Virus record (IMG/VR): IMGVR_UViG_3300042564_004473
Coordinates: 1-54,426 of that record
Source of the DNA: a virus
Taxonomy: Duplodnaviria; Caudoviricetes
Reading direction: 5' to 3' (one strand)
Length of the DNA stretch: 54,426 nt
In this document: in pieces, positions 39,211 through 47,582 of the stretch
How the letters are laid out: every line of letters begins with the position of its first letter
Numbering within the stretch: position 1 is the first letter of the stretch
Made by a program: the position numbers and the translations under genes
Notes under the pieces: generated by a model
What the model saw: only the letters and a program-made list of their open reading frames with translations
Told to the model about the DNA's origin: nothing
Databases searched by the model: none

Positions 39211-39921
39211 ATGATATCAGATAATATAACAAAAACAATAATGAGAAAAGTTCTACTTGAACAAAAAAACCCCAAATCAAAACAACCATTAAAGGGAGGA
39301 ACCTCATCACAAATACCTAAAGAACTTAAAGATGTTGAAGGAGTTAGAAAATTCCAAGATTGGTTAGATTCTAACCATGCAGGTTGGGCGAAAGGATATA
39401 AAAACAATATTATTAATAGAGGTAAAAATGGTCCTGGATATGGTACCTTTGGACCAAGAACAATTAAAGCGTGGAATAGTTATAAAAACGAGTATTTAAA
39501 GACATCAAATAGTGTTGAAACACCAAGTAATGATTCGACATCAAATTGGCAGGACGCATTTCCAAGTTGTGTGAAAGGATTAAAAGGTTTTTATAATCCA
39601 CAAAGTAATAGCTATTTCTCAGGTTTTGGTACCGATACCGAAGGTGTTCAATATCAAATAAATTATTTTTCACAAAAATTTAAAGCGGGTCAATTATGTA
39701 TTATTTATAATGACGGAGCATTTTTTGATAAAGGTTATTATAGTTGTACAACTAATAACCAACAAATAACGATTAAGACATTAAGTAGTTTATCAATAAC
39801 AGGTTCGGTAATTAATCCAGATTCTAAAGATATTGCATCGTCTAACCAAAATGATAAAGAGTTACCAAGTGGAGATGACACTTTAGATTATGATAGAGTA
39901 ACTAAAACAATAGGAATATAA
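39211..39921 (+). CDS. Protein with PG-binding-like repeat
   Basis: IPKELKDVEGVRKFQDWLD..YGTFGPRTIKAW shared with 36954. Confidence 0.7.
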   Translation: MISDNITKTIMRKVLLEQKNPKSKQPLKGGTSSQIPKELKDVEGVRKFQDWLDSNHAGWAKGYKNNIINRGKNGPGYGTFGPRTIKAWNSYKNEYLKTSNSVETPSNDSTSNWQDAFPSCVKGLKGFYNPQSNSYFSGFGTDTEGVQYQINYFSQKFKAGQLCIIYNDGAFFDKGYYSCTTNNQQITIKTLSSLSITGSVINPDSKDIASSNQNDKELPSGDDTLDYDRVTKTIGI

Positions 39922-39923
39922 TT

Positions 39924-41426
39924 ATGAAAAATAAAAGAAAAATTTTTGAACAATCGGAAGAATTAAAATCTCAAAATATGGATATGAGAAAATCTGTAGA
40001 ATCTGGTTGTTTTTCAAAAGAATCATATTCTTGGTTCACTATAGATGAAAATCAACCAAGAAAAACTAAAAGTGGTTTGGATGTTGTAACAGGTGTTAAT
40101 GAAAAGAAAGAGACTGTTTGGTTTTATTCTAATGGAACCGTTAAGAATCAAGTGACTAAAAAAGTTAAAACTTGGTTTTGTAAAAAAGAGTATACTACAC
40201 AACAACAACAAATTATAAATTATTTAGTAAATTCCGGTTATACAGATATTGAACCTGATGTTACAAGTCGTGAGCATGAGACCGAAAAAGATGTTAGAGT
40301 ATTTGAAAATGGTAAATATGCAAAATATTTCACAGTTTACACACCAATTTGGTTAGTAGGTGTTGCGAAAGCTAAACAGTTAAATCCTAAAGCTGCTCAA
40401 ACAACTACGTCAACATCACAACAAACAGGTGGTGATAATCCTCAAACAGAAGTAAAACCGGAATCAGTTAAGCAACTCGCTGATACGATTAAACAAAGTG
40501 CTAAACGTACTTCAAGAGAAGATTGTAGAGCTGCTATTATGACATTATATAAAGCGGATAAAAATCCTGGTATTACTTACTTCACAGATGATAATGACAT
40601 TATGTTATTTAAAACTACGGCAAAAAAATGTTCTCAACAAGGTATGAATTTTATAAAAGGGATTCTTGGTGTTGGAGATGAGTTAGATTATTTATTAAAT
40701 AAGAGAGGGAAGTTTGGACTTATGGAAAGTAAAAAAATGAACTTGAAAAGTATAATTAAAGAAAATTTAATTAAAACTCAAGAAAACAAAAATAGATTAT
40801 TACAAGAATCTAATATTGTTAAAACAAGATTAAATATAATTCTTGAAGGTAAAACATTTAAAACTAAGAGACAGGTTAATGACGTTTATGTTACAATCTT
40901 ATCTGAAATGATATACCTACACAAACAAGGATTTAATGAAGATATTATTGCCGAAAACGTTGATAACGTATTTGGAGCCTTAGGTAATATATTTGGAACC
41001 GGAATTAACGGAGTTATTGAAACCTTCAAAGAAAGAGGAGTTAATTATATCCTTGAAAAACTTGGACTTAGTAAAAATAATTTCTTAAAAAATTTCTTGG
41101 TAACCGCGTTAGCGAATACGGATATCAAGGATGTACCTAAATTATTTTCAGATTGTGATTTCTTAACTAAAAAAATATCAGAATCAATTCCTGAAGCATA
41201 TCTAAGAAAATTAGAATATGAAAAAGGAATGGGAAATATTTTTATGGATACGGTTAGAAATTCACTATATGATGTAATTAAAAATAGCGATTTCGCAGAT
41301 AAAGTAGAAAGTAGAATCTCAGGTATCGTTTGTCCGTTAGTTCAACAAATGAATAGTAAATTCTCAGACCACTTAAGCGGCATGAAATCTTCATTGATTT
41401 CAAATCCATTGAATATGCAATCTTAA
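39924..41426 (+). CDS. Hypothetical putative virion protein
   Basis: 500 aa; internal LKSIIKENL..LLQES. Confidence 0.7.
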   Translation: MKNKRKIFEQSEELKSQNMDMRKSVESGCFSKESYSWFTIDENQPRKTKSGLDVVTGVNEKKETVWFYSNGTVKNQVTKKVKTWFCKKEYTTQQQQIINYLVNSGYTDIEPDVTSREHETEKDVRVFENGKYAKYFTVYTPIWLVGVAKAKQLNPKAAQTTTSTSQQTGGDNPQTEVKPESVKQLADTIKQSAKRTSREDCRAAIMTLYKADKNPGITYFTDDNDIMLFKTTAKKCSQQGMNFIKGILGVGDELDYLLNKRGKFGLMESKKMNLKSIIKENLIKTQENKNRLLQESNIVKTRLNIILEGKTFKTKRQVNDVYVTILSEMIYLHKQGFNEDIIAENVDNVFGALGNIFGTGINGVIETFKERGVNYILEKLGLSKNNFLKNFLVTALANTDIKDVPKLFSDCDFLTKKISESIPEAYLRKLEYEKGMGNIFMDTVRNSLYDVIKNSDFADKVESRISGIVCPLVQQMNSKFSDHLSGMKSSLISNPLNMQS

Positions 41427-41477
41427 GGATTGTTTATTATAAAAGGTTAAAACTAAAGGGGGTAATTTTTTCCTGTG

Positions 41478-41506
41478 AAAAAGGAGTCGATTTCGACTCC
41501 TTTTTT
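41478..41506. terminator. Bidirectional terminator
   Basis: AAAAAGGAGTCGA/TCGACTCCTTTTT. Confidence 0.8.
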
Positions 41507-41509
41507 CTT

Positions 41510-42184
41510 TTAACCCTTCTTAGATTTTACAATCTCATCAATAATTCCGTAATCCAAAGATTCTTGTGAAGATAACCATAAATCACGACTTGCATCTTTC
41601 ATTACTTGTTTTGCAGTTTTACCACAATAGCTTCCAAGCAAATCAAACAACGTCTCATTGATTTTTTTCCATTCTTTCATATCGATTTCCGCATCTTGAA
41701 TATTTCCACGGAATCCACCTGAAGACTGGTGTAACATTGTGCGAGAGAAACGTAATGAAGAACGTTTTCCTTTAGTTCCAGCTCCTAACAATACAGAACC
41801 CATTGACGCCGCCATACCTGTGTTAACTGTACGGATATCACATTTAATGTAGTCCATAACATCAACCATACTTAAACCTGATTTAACCGAACCACCAGGA
41901 CTATCAATGTGCATTGTGATGTCTGAAGCATCTGCAGAATCCAAGAACATTAATTGAGCTTGTACGATTGTTGACATATTATCATTAACCTCACCAGCAA
42001 CCCATAAAATTCTGTCTCTCATTAATCTTGAGAAGATATCAATCTGAGTCGCTCTCATCTCTCTTTCCTCCAAAATGTACGGAGTCATTGAACTCTCAAT
42101 TTGTTTTGAATAGTAATCCAAATTACTTGATGGTTTATACAAGTGTTTTGTGTAATACGACTTAAATTCTTTTCCGTAATCCAT
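41510..42184 (-). CDS. clpP: ATP-dependent Clp protease proteolytic subunit
   Basis: DIFSRLMRDRI, IDSPGGSV, GMAASMGS, MLHQ, DYGIID; start set at MDYGK to avoid the tRNA. Confidence 0.95.
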   Translation of the reverse strand: MDYGKEFKSYYTKHLYKPSSNLDYYSKQIESSMTPYILEEREMRATQIDIFSRLMRDRILWVAGEVNDNMSTIVQAQLMFLDSADASDITMHIDSPGGSVKSGLSMVDVMDYIKCDIRTVNTGMAASMGSVLLGAGTKGKRSSLRFSRTMLHQSSGGFRGNIQDAEIDMKEWKKINETLFDLLGSYCGKTAKQVMKDASRDLWLSSQESLDYGIIDEIVKSKKG

Positions 42185-42208
42185 ATTTAATTTTTGTTTT
42201 AATTTTAG

Positions 42209-42290
42209 TATCAGATGAGGGACTCGAACCCTCACGTCGTAAGACATAAGCTCCTAAAACTTACGTGTCTACCAATTCCACCACTCTGAT
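42209..42290 (-). tRNA. tRNA-Leu (TAG)
   Basis: GGTGGAATTGGTAGAC D arm, TAAGT-TTTAGGA-GCTTA anticodon arm, long variable arm, GAGGGTTCGAGTCCCTC; CCA not encoded. Confidence 0.9.
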
Positions 42291-42326
42291 ATTTTTTTAC
42301 AAAGATATATCAAAAACTTGAAACTA

Positions 42327-42821
42327 TCAACTTGTAAATGATATTTTATATTCTCTCCAAATTTTTTCAATAGAGTCATTTAAAAAATCTGAGAAAAAAG
42401 ATGGTTCATAAGGTTTTTTAGTCATAAACATATTCGCCTCTTGAGGTGTCTTATTTGACTTACGAACATTACAATTATGACAACAAGTTACCAAGTTATC
42501 CCAACTGTTACTACCCCCTCTTGAGCGAGGAATAACGTGGTCTAACGTTAATTGTTTTGTCGAACCACAATATACACATTCGTCATTATCCCGTCTAAAA
42601 ATTCTTGTTCTATTCACTCTTATGTTTCTTACTTTGTACTTAACATATTTTAATAGACGGATAATTAATGGACGAACAAAATTTTCATAACTTGCGTAGA
42701 TAGGGTTATCGGAACTCTTTAAGACTTCCGCTTTACCCTTGTACACCAAATTAAAACCTCTTTGTTGTGATGTAACATTAATTGGGGTGTAATCAGCATT
42801 TAATACCAATACTTTGTCCAT
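42327..42821 (-). CDS. HNH endonuclease
   Basis: VLVLNADY, RRDNDECVYCG, LTLDHVIPRSRGG, NLVTCCHNCNVRK. Confidence 0.92.
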   Translation of the reverse strand: MDKVLVLNADYTPINVTSQQRGFNLVYKGKAEVLKSSDNPIYASYENFVRPLIIRLLKYVKYKVRNIRVNRTRIFRRDNDECVYCGSTKQLTLDHVIPRSRGGSNSWDNLVTCCHNCNVRKSNKTPQEANMFMTKKPYEPSFFSDFLNDSIEKIWREYKISFTS

Positions 42822-43048
42822 ACTTTACAAATTTAATTAAAAAAATTGTATAAACAAAAAAAGGTTACAATTTCTTGTAACCTTAATTCTATACGTTGAT
42901 TTTTTATTTCAGTTTATAGTTGTTTATCTAAAACGCGTAAGGTTACCACTCCACTCTCACATAACGATGTGAATGGATTATCTTGTACCAGAAGACTAAT
43001 GTTGTTAAACGACTTTATAACTTTACTGTTTTTCATTTATAATAAATT

Positions 43049-43939
43049 TTAACTTCCAAACATTGCGTCGTAAGTCTGTTCTCCAAAAATACCATCAGGT
43101 TTTATTTCAGCATCTTCTTGGAATTTTTTAACCATCTTTTTAGTTTTTGCTCCGTAATTTCCGTCACAACTATTTTCATCTGTAGCACAAGCTTGGATGT
43201 CATTTGTAAAGGTTTCGCCCGTATATCCATTAGACGCTAAAAAGTTTTGAACCTTTTTAACTAAACTTCCTTTAGCACCTAACCCCATAATTTTATTATC
43301 ATTTGTTATAGCACTAAAATCTGTATCCGTATTTGATACATAACCTGGAGATGATTTAGTTATATTTCTTTCCCAAGTAAGTGTAGGTTTAGCTCCGTCC
43401 CAAGACCAATTTCCTCTTACCACATTTCCTTTTTTACATTTAAACTTATTTGCATATTTATCGTCAAAAAGGTACATAGTACAGTCATTACCATTTGTTG
43501 CCGTGTCCTTAGTTTTAACCTTAATATAATCAAAAATGACACTGCCATCATCAAGTGTGTTCGTACTTACAAATGTCCAATTCGCATCAGTATTACCTGA
43601 ATAATATTTAACTATTTTACTGTAATCGGCATCATCAGTATTTTGAGTTGACGATGATGGTGTTACTGGTGCAGGAGTTGTGTTTGTTGTTGCCGGTGCA
43701 GGAGATGGAGGTGTTGAGGGTGCTGGTGTTGTGTTTGTTGGTTTAAAATACCATCTATTATCTGAACCTTGTTTAACCTCACCTTCAGATTTTTTCTTTT
43801 CTATTTCTGACTGAGGAATTTTAATCCAACCAGGACCCGGAGGACCTGTAGTTGTTGATTGTTCTGAAATAACAACACCTCTTTTATAACCAAAAAGGTA
43901 TTTCATTTCATTTATTTCGTTTAAAAGTTGTTTTTTCAT
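43049..43939 (-). CDS. Leader-bearing protein with C-terminal PG-binding domain (paralog A)
   Basis: GAKGSLVKKVQ..DGNYGAKT..FQ..DGIFGEQT. Confidence 0.8.
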   Translation of the reverse strand: MKKQLLNEINEMKYLFGYKRGVVISEQSTTTGPPGPGWIKIPQSEIEKKKSEGEVKQGSDNRWYFKPTNTTPAPSTPPSPAPATTNTTPAPVTPSSSTQNTDDADYSKIVKYYSGNTDANWTFVSTNTLDDGSVIFDYIKVKTKDTATNGNDCTMYLFDDKYANKFKCKKGNVVRGNWSWDGAKPTLTWERNITKSSPGYVSNTDTDFSAITNDNKIMGLGAKGSLVKKVQNFLASNGYTGETFTNDIQACATDENSCDGNYGAKTKKMVKKFQEDAEIKPDGIFGEQTYDAMFGS

Positions 43940-44109
43940 ATTTGTTTGTTAAATTTTATTTGTTAAATTTGCGTTTAAGAACGTTAATATATAAATATTA
44001 AATTTTTATAAAAAAAGTAAATTTTACCTGTATATTCGATTAAAACCAAACTAATATCAAAATTTAAATTCACTTGAAGTTTTTTTTAGGTTATATACGG
44101 TTTAACATA

Positions 44110-44952
44110 TTATTTAACCTTAGCAGAAGATAATGCACCCCCTAATGCCTCATATGTTTGATTACCTACAATACCATCAACGTCTAAACCATAATCTTTT
44201 TGTAATTGTTTAACCATTTCTTTTGTAGATTTTCCATAAATACCGTCACATTTTTCATAGTCAATCTTACAACCTTCAATATCTTTAGTAATTGGTGAAT
44301 TTGTACTTCCACTATACCCTGCATAAATTAACGCACTTTGTACTTCTTTAACCAAACTTCCTTTGGCTCCTAACCCCACAATTTTGTTATCATCCGTAAC
44401 ACCACTCCAATCGTTGTCAGTATCTTTTATATATCCTGAAGCTTTTTTGGTTTTTTCTTCAAATTTTATTACAGGACGATTACCTTCCCATTTCCAAGTA
44501 CCGTAAACATTCCCACTCTTACCTTTCCAATTTTGTAAACGTGCACGGTAATCATCACTATCTAATTCTAACGTCGCATTAGGTTCGTTAGAATCTTTTG
44601 ATTTCATTTTTATTCTTTCGTAGACTGCTGACGTTATTTCAATACCAACCCAACTCCAATGAGAATCTGTATTTCCTGAGAAATATTTAACGACTTTATC
44701 CCAATCCGGTACTGATTTTATAGGTTCGGCGGAATACCAATTACCCTTAGAATCTTGTTTAACTTCATAACCTTGTTTAATCATCATAGGTTTAACTATT
44801 GGACTTATTATCTTCCAACCATCTCCTGGAGGAGTTGTGTGTATTGTTGATGTTGGTGAAGGGTTTATTAGTTGTTCAGAAATAACAACACCCCTTTGAT
44901 AACCAAAAAGGCGTTTCATTTCATTTATTTCGTTTAAAAGTTGTTTTTTCAT
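44110..44952 (-). CDS. Leader-bearing protein with C-terminal PG-binding domain (paralog B)
   Basis: Same leader MKKQLLNEINEMK; DGIVGNQT. Confidence 0.8.
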   Translation of the reverse strand: MKKQLLNEINEMKRLFGYQRGVVISEQLINPSPTSTIHTTPPGDGWKIISPIVKPMMIKQGYEVKQDSKGNWYSAEPIKSVPDWDKVVKYFSGNTDSHWSWVGIEITSAVYERIKMKSKDSNEPNATLELDSDDYRARLQNWKGKSGNVYGTWKWEGNRPVIKFEEKTKKASGYIKDTDNDWSGVTDDNKIVGLGAKGSLVKEVQSALIYAGYSGSTNSPITKDIEGCKIDYEKCDGIYGKSTKEMVKQLQKDYGLDVDGIVGNQTYEALGGALSSAKVK

Positions 44953-45068
44953 ATTGATTTACGTTTAAGAACGTTAATATATAAATATTAAATTTTTATA
45001 AAAAACTATAAACTTTTTTATTTATAAAATTTGTCTATTTAAAAGATTAGTCATATCTTTGTACAACG

Positions 45069-45265
45069 AAAGACAACTTTTAACAGAAGACGGATTAGCA
45101 CCGTTGAAAGAAACCTTGACTTTGGGGAGTAATTACCCTAAAAGTATTAAATGGCTCAAGGAATACTGTAATGAACCCTGCTCTATGGTACACACATAAC
45201 AGGTGATGGGGAACAAACCATCAGTAAAATTTAAACGTATGGTGAGCATACTTTAAGTTGTTTTT
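45069..45265 (+). ncRNA. Candidate ~200-nt multi-branched RNA
   Basis: Follows TATCTTTG; ends pair (AAAGACAACTT/AAGTTGTTTTT); internal stems ACGG/CCGT, CCTTGA/TCAAGG, CCTG/CAGG, TGATGG/CCATCA, GTATG/CATAC. Confidence 0.6.
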
Positions 45266-45312
45266 TGTTTTTTTAACTAACTTAAACTTTAAAAAATATT
45301 ATTATTATTATT

Positions 45313-45573
45313 ATGCCAGAATTTAACACATATGTGGATTTGGAGGTTTACGAAATTTGGGACTCCTGCTCAAGAAGTGAAAAAGAAGAACTTATTGACT
45401 TATTGGAGGAAGAAGGTTATGTTAAAAGAACCAACTCTAAAGGTAAGAAAGAACAAAAAAGTCATATGGAAGAAAACCATATTAAATGTTGTGAAATTCT
45501 TATGAACTCATATATTAGTTTATCAGTTGAGGACATTGAATTAATTAAACAGATTGCGAATAAATATTCATAA
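45313..45573 (+). CDS. Hypothetical protein
   Basis: 86-aa ORF. Confidence 0.65.
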   Translation: MPEFNTYVDLEVYEIWDSCSRSEKEELIDLLEEEGYVKRTNSKGKKEQKSHMEENHIKCCEILMNSYISLSVEDIELIKQIANKYS

Positions 45574-45665
45574 CCTACCAAATCAACAAACGTGTCTTGT
45601 TCAGCTCTGACGAAAGTTAACTACAAGGTCTCGGTAGACAGAACTTGTCTGATTCTACCCAAAAT

Positions 45666-45740
45666 GCGGTAGTCGTATAATGGTTTATTATATAACTATA
45701 TTAAAGTTAAGATGGAGGTTCGATTCCTCCCAACCGCCCA
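45666..45740 (+). tRNA. Atypical or pseudo tRNA, Gly-like body with anticodon ATT
   Basis: GCGGTAG/CAACCGC acceptor (one mismatch), TAACT-ATATTAA-AGTTA, GGAGGTTCGATTCCTCC. Confidence 0.6.
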
Positions 45741-45946
45741 ATGAGTAAGAGATACTCATCAGATTTGGCATCGTTTCTTAAACAATGATGTAGTTGTCGC
45801 CTTCCACGACTTTAGAGAGGGGGTTCGTCGGAGCCTGGACGTAACAAATCCACCGAGTATGTTTGACTTTTTAAGCGGTAAGACGCGTTGGGTTTTTCAA
45901 CAGGAAAAACCGTGAATATCTACTCACCATAATCTCAGGGTGGGGA
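45741..45946 (+). ncRNA. Candidate structured RNA directly 3' of the tRNA-like gene
   Basis: Series of hairpins; first hairpin GAGAT complementary to last-loop ATCTC. Confidence 0.5.
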
Positions 45947-45987
45947 ATTTTTTCACCAAAAAATAAACTTAAAAAAAAAATAATATT

Positions 45988-46167
45988 ATGATGTGGGTAA
46001 TTATTAAACATATTGAAAATAAAGAGGGGGTAAAACTTCCTGTAATCATTTTAAATAGTGATAGTGAAATTTGGGAATTTGACACTGAAGAACAGGCTAA
46101 TCATATGAAAACTATTTTTGAAACCAATTCAGATTCGGGGTATGAATATGTAATTAAGAAAATATAA
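45988..46167 (+). CDS. 59-aa hypothetical protein
   Basis: Hand-translated MMWVIIKHIENKEGVKLPVIILNSDSEIWEFDTEEQA...YVIKKI. Confidence 0.6.
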   Translation: MMWVIIKHIENKEGVKLPVIILNSDSEIWEFDTEEQANHMKTIFETNSDSGYEYVIKKI

Positions 46168-46173
46168 CTATAC

Positions 46174-46247
46174 GCACTCGTAGCTCAGCTGAAAAGAGCA
46201 AATCACTTCTAATGATTAGGTCCCAGGTTTGAATCCTGGCGGGTGTA
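46174..46247 (+). tRNA. tRNA-Arg (TCT)
   Basis: GCACTCG/CGGGTGT, AATCA-CTTCTAA-TGATT, CCAGG-TTTGAAT-CCTGG. Confidence 0.88.
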
Positions 46248-46300
46248 CAATTATAATCCACCGTGAATCTCACGGTGGTATTTGACTAAATAATATTATT

Positions 46301-46531
46301 ATGGATAATGAAATTGAAAAGGCAAATCGTTCAGAATTCTTTGATGCTATGATGAAAGAAAGAATTAAACATTCTAATTATCATAAGTTTGTGGGTATTG
46401 CTCCTGAAGGTTTTACATTAGTACCCAATGAAGTATTAGAAGAACTTAAGGATTTTGATATTTGGAAAGAATTTAAAAATGATGAAGAATGGATTGAAAA
46501 GGCATCAAAAAAACATTTAAAAAAAAAATAA
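46301..46531 (+). CDS. Hypothetical protein
   Basis: 76-aa ORF. Confidence 0.6.
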   Translation: MDNEIEKANRSEFFDAMMKERIKHSNYHKFVGIAPEGFTLVPNEVLEELKDFDIWKEFKNDEEWIEKASKKHLKKK

Positions 46532-46536
46532 CTAAT

Positions 46537-46818
46537 ATGAGAAGTAGAACATCTGTACTTATAACAATATTAACCTTTTTGATTATTGGGTTAATGATGA
46601 TTTCGTTAGGTTGTAATACAAAACCTAACATTGAACCGGGAGATACGGTTGTAAAATGCGTTATTGATAGTATGTCAATGGAAGGACCCCATTCTACCAT
46701 TGAAGTTGATAACCAATATTATTATTATACCGATTGTGGACAAAAAGTTAAAACTAATAGGTGTGATATTTATCACGTAGGTGATACCATCACTTATGTT
46801 CATAAAAAAATAAAATAA
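46537..46818 (+). CDS. Small lipoprotein or membrane-anchored protein
   Basis: Hydrophobic N-terminus ending SLGC. Confidence 0.6.
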   Translation: MRSRTSVLITILTFLIIGLMMISLGCNTKPNIEPGDTVVKCVIDSMSMEGPHSTIEVDNQYYYYTDCGQKVKTNRCDIYHVGDTITYVHKKIK

Positions 46819-46827
46819 TTTAATGAT

Positions 46828-46968
46828 ATGTCATTTCAACATACTATCGACCCTACTAAAGAAATTAAAGAAGAAATCAACGAAATAGTTGATGCCCAAT
46901 CAACAGGTGTTGCTCAATGTGATGAGCCCGAATGGGATAATTCGCAAGGAGATTTAATATACTTTTAG
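46828..46968 (+). CDS. 46-aa acidic peptide
   Basis: Hand-translated MSFQHTIDPTKEIKEEINEIVDAQ...GDLIYF. Confidence 0.45.
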   Translation: MSFQHTIDPTKEIKEEINEIVDAQSTGVAQCDEPEWDNSQGDLIYF

Positions 46969-47050
46969 GAGTTGTATTTCAACCATTTAAAATTAAATGG
47001 TTAAATTAAAAAAATAGTGTTATCTTTGTCTTCTAATATCGAACGTTATT

Positions 47051-47224
47051 ATGCCACTTTATAAAGAATTAAAAGAGATTAGATTGAAGATAGAATTATG
47101 TGAAAGGATTAAACCGAAAAACATAATTTCTAAAATCTTTATTAATTATAAACTAATGGTGTATAATAATAAGGTTAGAGCCATTCTTATGCAATTGGAA
47201 AAAAGAAAACAAAATGATAGATAA
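47051..47224 (+). CDS. 57-aa basic peptide
   Basis: Hand-translated MPLYKELKEIRLKIELCERI...; TATCTTTG upstream. Confidence 0.5.
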   Translation: MPLYKELKEIRLKIELCERIKPKNIISKIFINYKLMVYNNKVRAILMQLEKRKQNDR

Positions 47225-47549
47225 TAGTAAAGAATATATTTTATGCGCTGCAATTTGGTATTTAGATTTACCAATGAAAAAACCTGAGGTTTTAGATAAC
47301 CGAGGATTCAGACCATATAATGTTGATAAGGGAGTTGTTATTAGTGGATGGAGACACGGAAACTGTATATATCAAATGGTGGGTATTACAGGATTACGTT
47401 CAGTACCTTCCGAATCTGGTAAAGAAATCCAAGGGTTTTTAACAAGTAAAAATAGGTTTGTAGATAGAGAAGAAGGTGGTAGAATTGCCTTCAATGCGGG
47501 ACAAACTGATAAGTTAAAAAAAACATTATATTCTGAAGACATTTATTAA
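47214..47549 (+). CDS. Phage hypothetical protein
   Basis: ILCAAIW..GWRHGNC..QGFLTSKNRFVDREE. Confidence 0.75.
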   Translation: MIDNSKEYILCAAIWYLDLPMKKPEVLDNRGFRPYNVDKGVVISGWRHGNCIYQMVGITGLRSVPSESGKEIQGFLTSKNRFVDREEGGRIAFNAGQTDKLKKTLYSEDIY

Positions 47550-47582
47550 AATAGTCATATTTATATATGTATAAATATAAAT

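Noticed and set aside
42185-42247. N-terminal extension of ClpP in the ORF track
   Set aside because: Overlaps tRNA-Leu; ATG at 42184 is more plausible.
45606-45660. Hammerhead ribozyme (CTGACGA)
   Set aside because: No GAAA after a stem II and no stem I/III arrangement found.
45698-45704. Ochre suppressor tRNA and stop-codon recoding
   Set aside because: TTA is off-register in the 7-nt loop; long ORFs tile the window in code 11 with TAA, TAG and TGA stops.
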